Shown here piece by piece: positions 1 through 9,000 of a stretch of 64,000 nt of DNA. This DNA is from an uncultured Gemmatimonadales bacterium. Lineage in GTDB: Bacteria; Gemmatimonadota; Gemmatimonadetes; Gemmatimonadales; GWC2-71-9. The notes beneath the pieces are model-generated. The model did not search any database and was not told the origin of the DNA. It saw only the letters and a list, made by a program, of their open reading frames with translations. Every line of letters begins with the position of its first letter. Positions within the stretch are counted from its first letter, which is position 1. The DNA is taken from NCBI GenBank assembly GCA_963739455.1, contig CAVUAK010000001.1, forward strand, positions 608,001-672,000, given 5' to 3'. A program made the position numbers and the translations under genes.

Positions 1-2
1 TG

Positions 3-926
3 GAGCGCGCCCGCCAGATCGCAGCGCTCGACGAAACCCCGCCGGTGCTCATCACCGGCGAAACCGGCACCGGCAAGGGCCTGGTGGCGCGGACCATCCA
101 TTCATCGGGCGCGCGCGGCACCCGGCCGTTCATCGACGTGAACTGCACGGCGCTCCCCGCCACGCTCATGGAAGCGGAGCTCTTCGGCTACGAGCGCGGG
201 GCGTTCACCGATGCCAAGGAGTCGAAGCTCGGGCTCTTCGAGGCCGCCGAGGGCGGCTTCCTCTTCCTCGACGAAGTGGGTGACATCGAGCTCGCGCTGC
301 AGGGCAAGCTGCTGAGGGCTATAGAGGACCGGACGGTGCGGCGCGTCGGCGGCATTCGCGACCGGAAGATCGACGTGCGAATCCTGGCGGCAACTAATCG
401 CGACCTTGAACAGGATGCGCAGCATGACCGCTTCCGGAAGGATCTCTACTTCCGCCTCGCCGTCATCCTGCTGCGGCTGCCGCCGCTGCGAGAGCGCGGT
501 GATGACATCCCCTTGCTCGCCGATCACTTCCTCAAGCACTACAGCGCCAAGTATGGCCGCGATGTCCGCCAGATCAACGCACAGGCGCGCGACCTCATGC
601 GCGCCTATCCGTGGCCGGGCAACGTGCGCGAGCTGAGCCACGTCATCGAGCGTGCGGTGCTCTGGAGCCAGGGCGACACGCTCGATGTGGAACACCTCTC
701 GCTGAGCACACCGAGCGGTGCCAGCGCGGCGGCTCAGGCGCCGTCGACCGCCTCCGCGTCGAGTGCGCCACCGGCTGATCCACTCGACCTGACACAGTGG
801 GAGCGGACGCTCATCGAGCGGGCGCTGGCCGAGGCCAATGGCAACCAGACCAAGGCGGCCCAGCTGCTCGGAATTACCCGGGACACGCTCAGGTATCGTC
901 TGAAGAAGTTCGGAATGGGTGGGTGA
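3..926 (+). CDS. Sigma-54 enhancer-binding protein (NtrC/AtoC family), 5' part outside the window
   Basis: Walker A GETGTGKG, ELFGYERGAFTDA, Walker B FLDEVG, WPGNVREL, C-terminal Fis-type HTH (GNQTKAAQLLGITRDTLRYRL). Confidence 0.95.
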   Translation, partial: ERARQIAALDETPPVLITGETGTGKGLVARTIHSSGARGTRPFIDVNCTALPATLMEAELFGYERGAFTDAKESKLGLFEAAEGGFLFLDEVGDIELALQGKLLRAIEDRTVRRVGGIRDRKIDVRILAATNRDLEQDAQHDRFRKDLYFRLAVILLRLPPLRERGDDIPLLADHFLKHYSAKYGRDVRQINAQARDLMRAYPWPGNVRELSHVIERAVLWSQGDTLDVEHLSLSTPSGASAAAQAPSTASASSAPPADPLDLTQWERTLIERALAEANGNQTKAAQLLGITRDTLRYRLKKFGMGG

Positions 927-957
927 GAAGACCCAATCGGGTGGGTGATAACACCCA
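920..957. promoter_or_regulatory. Two tandem TGGGTG-N4-CACCCA palindromes, probable upstream activator sites
   Basis: TGGGTGagaaGACCCA at 920-935 and TGGGTGataaCACCCA at 942-957, 22 bp apart and about 100 bp upstream of the -24/-12 motifs. Confidence 0.7.
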
Positions 958-1000
958 AAACCTTGATTTCCCGGCCCGTTCGCCGCTCACGGTTCGCACA

Positions 1001-1030
1001 GTTTAAGTCTTTATTATACAATCACTTATG
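1001..1030. promoter_or_regulatory. AT-rich tract between the operators and the sigma-54 promoter (possible IHF or bending site)
   Basis: GTTTAAGTCTTTATTATACAATCACTTATG in a GC-rich background, at the position typical for IHF sites. Confidence 0.45.
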
Positions 1031-1040
1031 AGGCAATGCT

Positions 1041-1073
1041 TGGCCCGGTAATCGCAACGGCACAGCCCCTGCT
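1041..1073 (+). promoter_or_regulatory. Sigma-54 (-24/-12) promoter(s) of the pqq operon
   Basis: Two GG-N10-GC motifs: TGGCCCGGTAATCGCA (1041-1056) and CGGCACAGCCCCTGCT (1058-1073); an enhancer-binding protein gene is adjacent. Confidence 0.7.
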
Positions 1074-1108
1074 TAGGTAAGGGCTGCGCCGGGAATGCAC
1101 TCTCCTGG

Positions 1109-1124
1109 TGGGTGGCAACACCCA
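1109..1124. promoter_or_regulatory. Third TGGGTG-N4-CACCCA palindrome, downstream of the promoter
   Basis: TGGGTGgcaaCACCCA, perfect 6-bp arms. Confidence 0.6.
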
Positions 1125-1179
1125 ACTAATTCGTGAGGGCCGCGTGCAGGCCCAATCACCTCAGAGTACTGGAGCTACC

Positions 1180-1254
1180 ATGCGTTGGACCAAGCCAGAG
1201 GCAGAGATCGTCGCCGTTACGATGGAAGTCACCGCTTACGTCGCGACCCTGTAA
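1180..1254 (+). CDS. pqqA: PQQ precursor peptide PqqA (MRWTKPEAEIVAVTMEVTAYVATL)
   Basis: Hand-translated 24-aa ORF with MxWxKP start and ExxxY core, GGAG RBS at 1171, directly upstream of pqqB. Confidence 0.96.
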   Translation: MRWTKPEAEIVAVTMEVTAYVATL

Positions 1255-1267
1255 GCAGCAGGACTGA

Positions 1268-1304
1268 CGCCGAGGGCTCGCGAAAGCGGGCCCTCGGCGC
1301 TTTT
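1268..1304 (+). terminator. Hairpin plus U-tract between pqqA and pqqB
   Basis: CGCCGAGGGCTCGC-GAAA-GCGGGCCCTCGGCG followed by CTTTT. Confidence 0.8.
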
Positions 1305-1308
1305 CCAG

Positions 1309-2217
1309 GTGCAAGTCGTACTGCTGGGAACGGCTGCTGGTGGTGGATTCCCGCAGTGGAATTGCTGGTGTCCCACTTGTCGTGCCGCACGCCTCGATCC
1401 ACGCTCCGCCTTCCCGCGATCCCAATCGTCCACCGCTGTGAGTGCCGACGGATCGCACTGGTTCCTCCTCAATGCGTCGCCCGATGTCCGCGACCAGGTT
1501 CAGCAGCTCAACGGGCATCCGCCGTCGGGCAATCGTCACGTGCCCATCGAGGGCGTCGTGCTCACCGATGCGGAGCTGGATCACTCGCTGGGGCTCGTAC
1601 TCCTGCGTGAAGGTCGCTCCCTGCAGGTGTACGCCACGGCGGCGGTCGAGCGAATGGTCACCGAGGATTCGCGACTGCTGTCGGTGGCCCGTGCCTTCGC
1701 CGACGTGCAGGTGACGCGACTGCAGGTGGGCACGGCAGCCGCGCTCAGGCTGCGTGATGGCACCGAGGCGGGGTTGACGGTCGAGCCGTTCGTGGTCGCG
1801 GCCGACCCCCCGCGCTTCGCGGCACGAGCCGAGGCGGGACACACAGTAGGACTCATCATCACGGAGACGGCGACAGGTACCCGCTGCGCCTATCTCCCCG
1901 GCTGCGGTGCGATAGACGATGCCTTGCTTGCGCGCCTGTCAGGAAGCGCGATGATTCTCTTCGACGGGACCTTCTGGTCCAACGACGAGCTCATCTCGCT
2001 CGGCATCGGAGAGCGCACCGCCCTCCAGCTCGATCACCTGCCGATGAGCGGCAGCGAAGGCAGCCTCGCGCGCCTGGGCGCACTGCCGAGCCGGCATCGC
2101 GTGTATGTGCACATCAACAACACCAACCCGGTCCTGCTGGAAGATTCCGCGGAACGCCGCGCGGTCGAGGCAGCCGGGCTGACCATCGGGATGGACGGCA
2201 TGAGGTTCGAAATATGA
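1309..2217 (+). CDS. pqqB: PQQ biosynthesis protein PqqB (metallo-beta-lactamase fold)
   Basis: LGTAAGGGFPQWNCxCxxC, NASPD, DHSLG, HINNTNP motifs. Confidence 0.97.
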   Translation: MQVVLLGTAAGGGFPQWNCWCPTCRAARLDPRSAFPRSQSSTAVSADGSHWFLLNASPDVRDQVQQLNGHPPSGNRHVPIEGVVLTDAELDHSLGLVLLREGRSLQVYATAAVERMVTEDSRLLSVARAFADVQVTRLQVGTAAALRLRDGTEAGLTVEPFVVAADPPRFAARAEAGHTVGLIITETATGTRCAYLPGCGAIDDALLARLSGSAMILFDGTFWSNDELISLGIGERTALQLDHLPMSGSEGSLARLGALPSRHRVYVHINNTNPVLLEDSAERRAVEAAGLTIGMDGMRFEI

Positions 2218-2963
2218 CCGACACGCTGGTTGCCTCCGAGCTCGCTTTCGCGCCGCGCGGCGCGATCCCCGCACTCGACCGGCCGCTGAGCCCCGCCGAG
2301 CTCGAGGCAGCGCTCCGCGCCTTCCAGGGTTCGTACTATGTCGAGCATCCGTTTCACCGCGACATGTACGCCGGGAAGCTGACGCCGCGGCAGTTCCAGG
2401 GCTGGGTGGCGAATCGCCTCGCCTACCAGCGCGTCGTGCCCCGGAAGGATGCAGCCATCCTCTCCAACTGTCCCGACCCCGACATCCGCCGCGAGTGGAT
2501 CAGCCGGATCGTCGACCACGACGGCACCCGGGAGGGCGAGGGTGGCATCGAGCTCTGGATCCGGCTGGGTGTGGCGCTTGGCGTGCCACGGGAAGAGATG
2601 GAAGACGAGCGGCATGTGCTGCCGTCGGTACGGCTGATCTGCGAGTCGTACGTGTGGTTCTGCAAGTCGAAGCCCTGGGTGCAGGCGTGCGCTTCGTCGC
2701 TCACGGAGCTCTTCGCACCGAAGATTCACGCCCAGCGGATCGAGTCATTCCCGGTGCACTATCCGTGGATCCCGCCGGAGGCGCTCGACTACTTCAAGAG
2801 CCGGCTGGTCCAGGCGCCGAAGGACGTGAAGCACGGCCTGTCCATCGTGCAGACGCACTGCACCACCGTGGAGACCCAGCGGCTGGTGTTCGAGGCGCTG
2901 GCCTTCAAGCTGGACATGCTCTGGGCGATGATCGACACGATCTACCATGCTTACCGCGACTAG
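2214..2963 (+). CDS. pqqC: PQQ synthase PqqC
   Basis: HPFH, QGWVANR, KDAAILSNCPD, RIVDHDG, SLTELFAP, LWAMID motifs. Confidence 0.97.
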   Translation: MTDTLVASELAFAPRGAIPALDRPLSPAELEAALRAFQGSYYVEHPFHRDMYAGKLTPRQFQGWVANRLAYQRVVPRKDAAILSNCPDPDIRREWISRIVDHDGTREGEGGIELWIRLGVALGVPREEMEDERHVLPSVRLICESYVWFCKSKPWVQACASSLTELFAPKIHAQRIESFPVHYPWIPPEALDYFKSRLVQAPKDVKHGLSIVQTHCTTVETQRLVFEALAFKLDMLWAMIDTIYHAYRD

Positions 2964-3234
2964 CGTCCCCTCGCTCTGGCGGCTGGCGCGCGTCGAGTAC
3001 GACGACGTGCGCAAGCGGCCCGTGCTCCTCTATCCTGAGGGCGCGGTACTGCTCAATGACACCGGGGCGGCGATCCTCAAGCTGGTGGACGGCCAGCGCA
3101 GCGTGGGCGACATCGCCCGCGTGCTCAGTGAGCAGTACAACGGCGCCGGGAGCGCCGACCCGACCGAGATCCTCAACGACGTGACGGCCTACCTGTCCAC
3201 ACTGGCCGCCCGGGAGCTGATCCGTGACCAGTGA
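2947..3234 (+). CDS. pqqD: PqqA-binding chaperone PqqD
   Basis: LLYPEGAVLLNDTGAAILKLVDG, about 95 aa, between pqqC and pqqE. Confidence 0.93.
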   Translation: MLTATSVPSLWRLARVEYDDVRKRPVLLYPEGAVLLNDTGAAILKLVDGQRSVGDIARVLSEQYNGAGSADPTEILNDVTAYLSTLAARELIRDQ

Positions 3235-4316
3235 ACGCCCGACCACGCTGCTGGCGGAGCTGACGCATCGCTGTCCGCTGCATTGTCCATACTGCTCCAA
3301 TCCGCTCGACTTGATCCGCGCGGAGAAGGAGATCTCCACCGAGGACTGGAAGCGGGTCATCACCGAGGCCCGCGCTCTCGGCGTGCTGCAGCTCGGCCTG
3401 TCGGGCGGAGAGCCGCTCGTGCGAAAGGACACCGAGGAGCTCGCAGCACATGCGCGGAGCCTCGGCCTCTACAGCACGCTCGTGACCTCGGGCCTCGGCC
3501 TCACCCGCGCACGGGCCGAGAAGTTCAAGGAAGCGGGCCTGGAGCACATCCAGGTCTCGCTGCAGGACGCGGACGACGACAACGCCGAGCGGATCGCCGG
3601 GGTTCGCTCCGTGAAGCAGAAGCGCGCCGCCGCGGCACTGGTGCGTGAGCTCGGCTTCGCGTTCACCGTGAACGTCGTGCTGCACAAGGCCAACCTCGAC
3701 CGCATCCAGCAAATCATCGACCTGGCCAGCGGAGATGGGCGCCGACCGCGTCGAGCTGGCCAACACCCAGTACTACGGCTGGGGACTGGTCAACCGCGAC
3801 GCCCTGATGCCGACGCGGGAGCAGGTCGATCGGGCCTTCGAGGTCGCGGAACGCGCCAAGCAGGCGCACCGCGGCAAGATGCAGATCCTCTTCGTGCTGC
3901 CGGACTACTACGAGGAGTACCCGAAGGCCTGCTACGGGGGTTGGGGCAAGGTGTACCTGGTCGTGACGCCTGACGGGAAGGTGCTGCCGTGTCACGGCGC
4001 CACGAACATCACCACCATCAAGTACCCGAACGTGCTTGAACACTCGATGGAGTGGATCTGGCAGGAGTCGCCGCTGTTCAATGCCTTCCGCGGCGACAGC
4101 TGGATGAAGTCACCCTGCAACACCTGCGAGCGGAAGTGCGTGGATTTCGGGGGCTGCCGCTGCCAGGCGTTTGCCCTCACGGGCGATGCCGCCATGGCCG
4201 ACCCGATCTGCACCCTGAGTCCGCACCATCACATCATCGAGTCGGCGCTCGCCGACGCGAACACCACCACGCCATTCATCTACCGCAAGCTGTCGAGCGA
4301 GCCGCAGCCCGCGTAG
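3224..4316 (+). CDS. pqqE: Radical SAM/SPASM peptide cyclase PqqE, split by a +1 frameshift near 3728
   Basis: CxxxCxxC (CPLHCPYC) in ORF 3224; ELANTQYYGW, KACYGGWG and GGCRCQA in ORF 3735-4316. Confidence 0.95.
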
Positions 4317-4425
4317 CCGAGCGGGCGGCCGCCTCCCGCCGCCCCCTAGCATAAAGAGAGAGCGCCACCCTCCCCTCCCGAAGCAGCGTGAAGGGATGTT
4401 CAAGCACTGCAACGGCTTGCACATC

Positions 4426-4440
4426 CGGCAACGATCTTGC
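4426..4440 (+). promoter_or_regulatory. Probable sigma-54 promoter of the chemosensory operon
   Basis: CGGCAACGATCTTGC, GG-N10-GC with TTGC, in intergenic DNA just before the first cheY-like gene. Confidence 0.6.
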
Positions 4441-4462
4441 CCAGCGGAGCGCTGGATAGCCG

Positions 4463-4858
4463 TTGTCGCGTGCCTCTTCGAGGGTCCAACCCTTGAGAAT
4501 CCTGATAGTCGAAGACTCTGCGCTCATCCAGCGGATGTACGGGCTGGCGCTCCCGAAGCGCGACCATGAACTGCACACCGCCGGCAACGGCCGGGAGGCG
4601 CTGGCACTGCTCAGTCGCCATGGGCCGTTCGACGTCGTCCTCCTGGACCTCAACATGCCCGACATGAATGGTGTCGAGTTCGTCCGCGAGCTCTATGAAC
4701 GGAATTCCCACCCCCGCGTTCCCGTCATCGTCACAACGGCAGAACCTGAAGGCTCCGACCTGGTGCGGGACGTGACCGCCCTGGGCATCGCGGCACTCGT
4801 GCGGAAGCCGTGGAAGCCACACGAGCTCAAGGCCGTCATCGACGAGGTGCTCGCATGA
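4463..4858 (+). CDS. Single-domain response regulator (CheY-like); start uncertain
   Basis: ILIVEDS, LLDLNMPDMNG, T and KP receiver motifs. Confidence 0.9.
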   Translation: MSRASSRVQPLRILIVEDSALIQRMYGLALPKRDHELHTAGNGREALALLSRHGPFDVVLLDLNMPDMNGVEFVRELYERNSHPRVPVIVTTAEPEGSDLVRDVTALGIAALVRKPWKPHELKAVIDEVLA

Positions 4859-5253
4859 GCCCACCCCTCGCCTTCCTCGTGGTGGATGACTCGAGGCTGC
4901 ATCACCAGATGTATGACCTCGTGTTCTCTCGCGGCGACCTCGCTGGCAGCACCGTCCTGCACGCGTACAACGGGCGCGAGGGCTACGCGATGCTCCAGTC
5001 GCATCCCGAGCTCACCGCCGTCTTTCTCGACCTCAACATGCCGGAGATGAACGGCCTCGAGTTCCTTGCCCGGCGTGCTGCCGATGGCATGCAGCTCCAT
5101 GTGCCGGTCGTGATGGTCACGACGGAGAACACGCCCGACGACGAGCGCCGCGGGCGCGAGGCGGGAGCGTGGGAGTACCTGACGAAGCCGTTCCAGCCCG
5201 CCGACCTCGAGCGAACGGTGGCCCGCGCACGGCAAGCCGCCGTGCCGCGTTGA
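4855..5253 (+). CDS. cheY: Single-domain response regulator (CheY-like)
   Basis: VVDDS, FLDLNMPEMNG, VTTE, YLTKPF; ATGA overlap with the previous gene. Confidence 0.9.
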   Translation: MSPPLAFLVVDDSRLHHQMYDLVFSRGDLAGSTVLHAYNGREGYAMLQSHPELTAVFLDLNMPEMNGLEFLARRAADGMQLHVPVVMVTTENTPDDERRGREAGAWEYLTKPFQPADLERTVARARQAAVPR

Positions 5254-5260
5254 TCGCGCC

Positions 5261-6913
5261 ATGAGCGACACCAACGCCTTCGCCGAGCTGATCCACGAAT
5301 ACGTGGGTGAGTGCCTGCCGCTCGCGGAGGAGGCCGCGGACGGCTTTCTCGAGCTGGAGCGACGGTGGAATGCCGACTTGCCGGTCGACGACCTGGCCCC
5401 CCGCCTCAAGGGACTGGTCCACACCGTGAAGGGCAACTCCGCCATGATGGGCCAGTCAGCCGCCGCGGACACGGCCCACACCATCGAAGACCTCCTTGCA
5501 GCACTCCTCGCTGATGCCACGCAGCGCGACCCCGGGACTCTCAGCCTGCTGCTCGACGGCGCCGACAGCCTTATCGAGCTGGTGCGCGGTGCGGCAAGCC
5601 AGAAGTCGGACCCGTCGCGCGCCCAGGCCTGGGTAGCTGCCGTGCGCACCCAGCTCGCGGGGCAGGCCGCGCCGGCGGCCACCGCGCGCGCTGGTGCCGT
5701 ACCTCGCGCAACGGGCACCCCCGACGCCGTTGTCGATACCGTCCGGGTCGACTTCCGACGGCTCGATGCGCTGCAGGAGATCGTGGGCGAGGCGATGATC
5801 GCCCAGGCACGCCTGCGCGACATCCAGCGCCGGATGACTGCCCACCTCGGCTTCACCGAAGAGACGGCCGAGCTGGACGCCTCGATCAACGCTGTCGAAA
5901 AGACCACCCAGCGGATGGAGGACGCCGTGGTTGCAACCAGGCTCGTTCCCCTCTCGGGTGTCTTCGGCCGCTTTGCCCGGCTGGTGCGCGACGCCGCCCA
6001 GTCGAGCGGCAAGACCGTCCGCCTCGAGACGTCGGGAGGTGACACGCGACTCGACAAGGCAATCGTGGACAAGCTGGGCGAGCCGCTGGTGCACCTCATC
6101 ACCAATGCCGTAGTGCACGGGGTCGAAGGCGACGCCCTGCGCCGGTCCCGCGGCAAGAGCGCCGAGGCCGTGATCCGCCTGAGCGCGGCGCCAGTCAGCG
6201 ATGGCGTCATCATCACCGTGTCGGATGATGGCGGTGGCCTCGATGCCGATCGTATCGCCGAACGGGCCCGGGCCCTCGGCCTGGACGTCCCGTCGGTCAA
6301 TGCCGACGCGATCTACCCCCTCATCTTCGTCCCCGGCCTCAGCACGGTCGACGCCATTTCACCCCTGGCCGGACGCGGGGTCGGGCTCGATGTGGTCGCG
6401 TCCTCCCTGCATGCCATGGGCGGTTCCATCACGGTGGAGAGCGCACCGGGCCGTGGCACGCGGTTCATCCTGCGCGTTCCCGTGACGCTCGCCGTGGTGC
6501 GTACGCTCCTGGTCGAGGTGTCCGACGAACGCTATGCGATTCCGCTCGCCCACGTGGTCGAGACGGTGCGGGTGGCTGATGGCGACATTCACCAGATCAA
6601 TCACCGCGGCGTGGTGCTGTGGCGCGGCGAGCTGCTTCCCGTGGTCGATGGTGCCGCGCTGGTTGGTGCCGCCGGCGGCAGTGCCGAGCGCAAGTACACG
6701 GTGGTGGTGCACGCCGGTGCCCGCCGCCGGGGCGTGCTCGTCGATCGGCTGCTCGGGCATCGCAGCATCGTCGCCAAGGGTCTCGACCCCGCCCTCGGCC
6801 GCACGCGCCTCGTATCGGGCACGACCATCATGGGTGACGGTCGCGTGACCTGCATCCTCGACGCCCAGCGCGTGGTCGAGCCGCTGTCCGCTCCCCTCGC
6901 CATCCAGAGCTGA
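5261..6913 (+). CDS. cheA: Chemosensory histidine kinase CheA
   Basis: HPt HTVKG, dimerisation domain, HLITNAVVHG, DDGGG, GRGVGLDVV, C-terminal CheW domain. Confidence 0.96.
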   Translation: MSDTNAFAELIHEYVGECLPLAEEAADGFLELERRWNADLPVDDLAPRLKGLVHTVKGNSAMMGQSAAADTAHTIEDLLAALLADATQRDPGTLSLLLDGADSLIELVRGAASQKSDPSRAQAWVAAVRTQLAGQAAPAATARAGAVPRATGTPDAVVDTVRVDFRRLDALQEIVGEAMIAQARLRDIQRRMTAHLGFTEETAELDASINAVEKTTQRMEDAVVATRLVPLSGVFGRFARLVRDAAQSSGKTVRLETSGGDTRLDKAIVDKLGEPLVHLITNAVVHGVEGDALRRSRGKSAEAVIRLSAAPVSDGVIITVSDDGGGLDADRIAERARALGLDVPSVNADAIYPLIFVPGLSTVDAISPLAGRGVGLDVVASSLHAMGGSITVESAPGRGTRFILRVPVTLAVVRTLLVEVSDERYAIPLAHVVETVRVADGDIHQINHRGVVLWRGELLPVVDGAALVGAAGGSAERKYTVVVHAGARRRGVLVDRLLGHRSIVAKGLDPALGRTRLVSGTTIMGDGRVTCILDAQRVVEPLSAPLAIQS

Positions 6914-6923
6914 GCAACCCACG

Positions 6924-7469
6924 ATGCCACGCAAGCGCACCGACAGCCCGCCTGCCGCCACCCGCGCCAGCCTGCTCGAGTTCGCGGACTCGGTAGCGGT
7001 CACCGATGCCCCTGTCCCGAACGCGCCGGCCGCACCGCCGCTGCACCTCGTGACCTTCATGCTGGATCGCGAGGAGTTCGGCATCCCGATCGGACGCGTG
7101 CGCGAAGTGCTCCGCGTCGGCGACATCACCCGCGTGCCCGAGGCACCACCGCACATCCGCGGTGTCACCAGCGTGCGCGGCCGCATCCTGCCGGTGGTTG
7201 AGCTCCGCACGCGCCTCGGCCTGGCTGGACTGGGGGAACCCGATGCCCGCGCGCGCATCGTGGTAGTGGAGGCGCACGGCCGGGTGCTCGGGCTCCTGGT
7301 CGATGCAGTGAACCAGGTGGTCAACGTCCCCGCCGACTCCGTGCTCGCGCCTCCCGGTGAAGTGCTCTCCGCCCAGACGGACTATGTCACCGGCATCGGG
7401 CGGCTCGATGCCCGGCTCATCATCCTGCTCGACCTCGATCGCGCGCTTCTCCTGGCGGAGGCATCGTGA
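6924..7469 (+). CDS. cheW: CheW adaptor
   Basis: LVTFxLxxEEFGIPI, ITRVP, RGRILPV, GLLVDAV. Confidence 0.95.
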   Translation: MPRKRTDSPPAATRASLLEFADSVAVTDAPVPNAPAAPPLHLVTFMLDREEFGIPIGRVREVLRVGDITRVPEAPPHIRGVTSVRGRILPVVELRTRLGLAGLGEPDARARIVVVEAHGRVLGLLVDAVNQVVNVPADSVLAPPGEVLSAQTDYVTGIGRLDARLIILLDLDRALLLAEAS

Positions 7470-7503
7470 TGCCGCTCCAGTCACCCTACTCCCGGACACC
7501 GGT

Positions 7504-9000
7504 ATGACGGACAAGCTCGTCCAATGGATCCGCGACCTCACCATCCGCCGCAAGCTCCTCGCCGGCGTCGCGATCGTCCTGGCCCTCAATGCCTATCTCG
7601 GCCTCTACGCCCTCAACCGGCTGGGCGCCGTGGGAAGCGTGGCTCGCGATGCCATGGCGGATGGCTCACGTCTCACGGCAGTAAACCAGATCATCGCCGA
7701 CACGAGGAGCACCATCCTGGTGCTCGTCCTCATCACCGTCGTCATCGGCGTCGCCGTGGCACTCCTGCTTGGGCGCCTCATTGCCGACCCGTTCACGGCG
7801 CTCGGCATGCTGGCGGAGAAGGTGGCCAAGGGTGACCTCACCGTCGACATCCGCAGCCTGTCGCGCGACGAGGTGGGATGGCTCGAGCACATCATGCGGC
7901 AGATGGTGAAGAGCCTGCGGGAGATGGTCACGCAGATCACGTCGGCCAGCCGCACGGTCGCCACGTCGGCGGAGGAGATCTCCAGCACGACGGTGCAGAT
8001 CGCGCGTGGCGCCGAGACGCAATCGAGCTCCACGGAGGAAACCTCCGCCACCATGGTCGAGATGGCGGCGCAGATGCAGCACCTCGCGAAGAATGCCGAG
8101 GCGCTCGCGGCCAACGTGGACGAGACGTCGGCGTCGATCCAGGAGATGAGCGCCACCCTGGGCCAGACCGCCCAGAACGGCGAAGTCCTGGTCCAGGCGG
8201 TGGACGAGGCGGTGTCCACGCTGACAAGCATGATCGACCGCTTCGGCGCCATCGCACAGCGGGTGCACATGGTGGACGACGTATCCCAGCGTTCAGCAGC
8301 GGAGGCCAGGGCACGCGGCGTCACGCTGCAGGGCTCGATCGGCTCCATCGGTGACCGGTCACGCGAGATCGGCAAGATCGTGAAGGTCATCGACTGGATC
8401 GCCGACCAGACCAACCTGCTGGCCCTGAACGCCGCGGTGGAAGCGGCGCGGGCCGGCGACGCAGGGCGTGGCTTTGCCGTCGTGGCGGATGAAGTGCGCC
8501 GCCTGGCCGAGCGCTGCATGCAGGCGACGCAGGAAATCGGTGAAGTGGTGGAGATGGTCCAGCGGGAAACCGAGGCGTCAGTGCGACTGACCGACGAGGT
8601 GGTGGGAGGGCTGGTCGGGTCCATCGGCAAGACATCCGAGCTGGTCACCGACGCCGCGCGCGCCACGGACGAGCAGGCGGCCGGCGCCAAGGAAGTCCTC
8701 AAGATTGCCGGTCACATGTCCGCATTGACGCGCCAGATCGCCGGCGCAGTCAAGGAGAACGCGGTCGGCGCCCGCGAGATCAGCCATGCCGCGGACAAGA
8801 TGAACCAGCTCACGCACCAGATGTCGGAGTCGGTGCTGGAGCAGAAGCGCGGCGGGGAACAGATCGTCAAGTCCGTCGAGTCGATCGCCATGATCTCGCG
8901 GCAGAACCTCGTGGCTGTGGAGCAGATGAGCTCGGCCGCGAAGGCACTCGCCGGCGAGTCCGAGGGCCTGCAGCAGCGCGTACAGGCCTTCCACATATGA
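7504..9000 (+). CDS. Methyl-accepting chemotaxis protein (2 TM, very short loop, HAMP, long signalling domain)
   Basis: [38 protein letters not shown] signature; HAMP (GDLTVDI...DEVG). Confidence 0.95.
   Translation: MTDKLVQWIRDLTIRRKLLAGVAIVLALNAYLGLYALNRLGAVGSVARDAMADGSRLTAVNQIIADTRSTILVLVLITVVIGVAVALLLGRLIADPFTALGMLAEKVAKGDLTVDIRSLSRDEVGWLEHIMRQMVKSLREMVTQITSASRTVATSAEEISSTTVQIARGAETQSSSTEETSATMVEMAAQMQHLAKNAEALAANVDETSASIQEMSATLGQTAQNGEVLVQAVDEAVSTLTSMIDRFGAIAQRVHMVDDVSQRSAAEARARGVTLQGSIGSIGDRSREIGKIVKVIDWIADQTNLLALNAAVEAARAGDAGRGFAVVADEVRRLAERCMQATQEIGEVVEMVQRETEASVRLTDEVVGGLVGSIGKTSELVTDAARATDEQAAGAKEVLKIAGHMSALTRQIAGAVKENAVGAREISHAADKMNQLTHQMSESVLEQKRGGEQIVKSVESIAMISRQNLVAVEQMSSAAKALAGESEGLQQRVQAFHI

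Noticed and set aside
189..218. GAFTDA instead of GAFTGA in the enhancer-binding protein
   Set aside because: A common natural variant, not evidence of inactivity.
3720..3740. Programmed frameshift in pqqE
   Set aside because: No slippery sequence, and it matches the window-wide pattern of single-base insertions.
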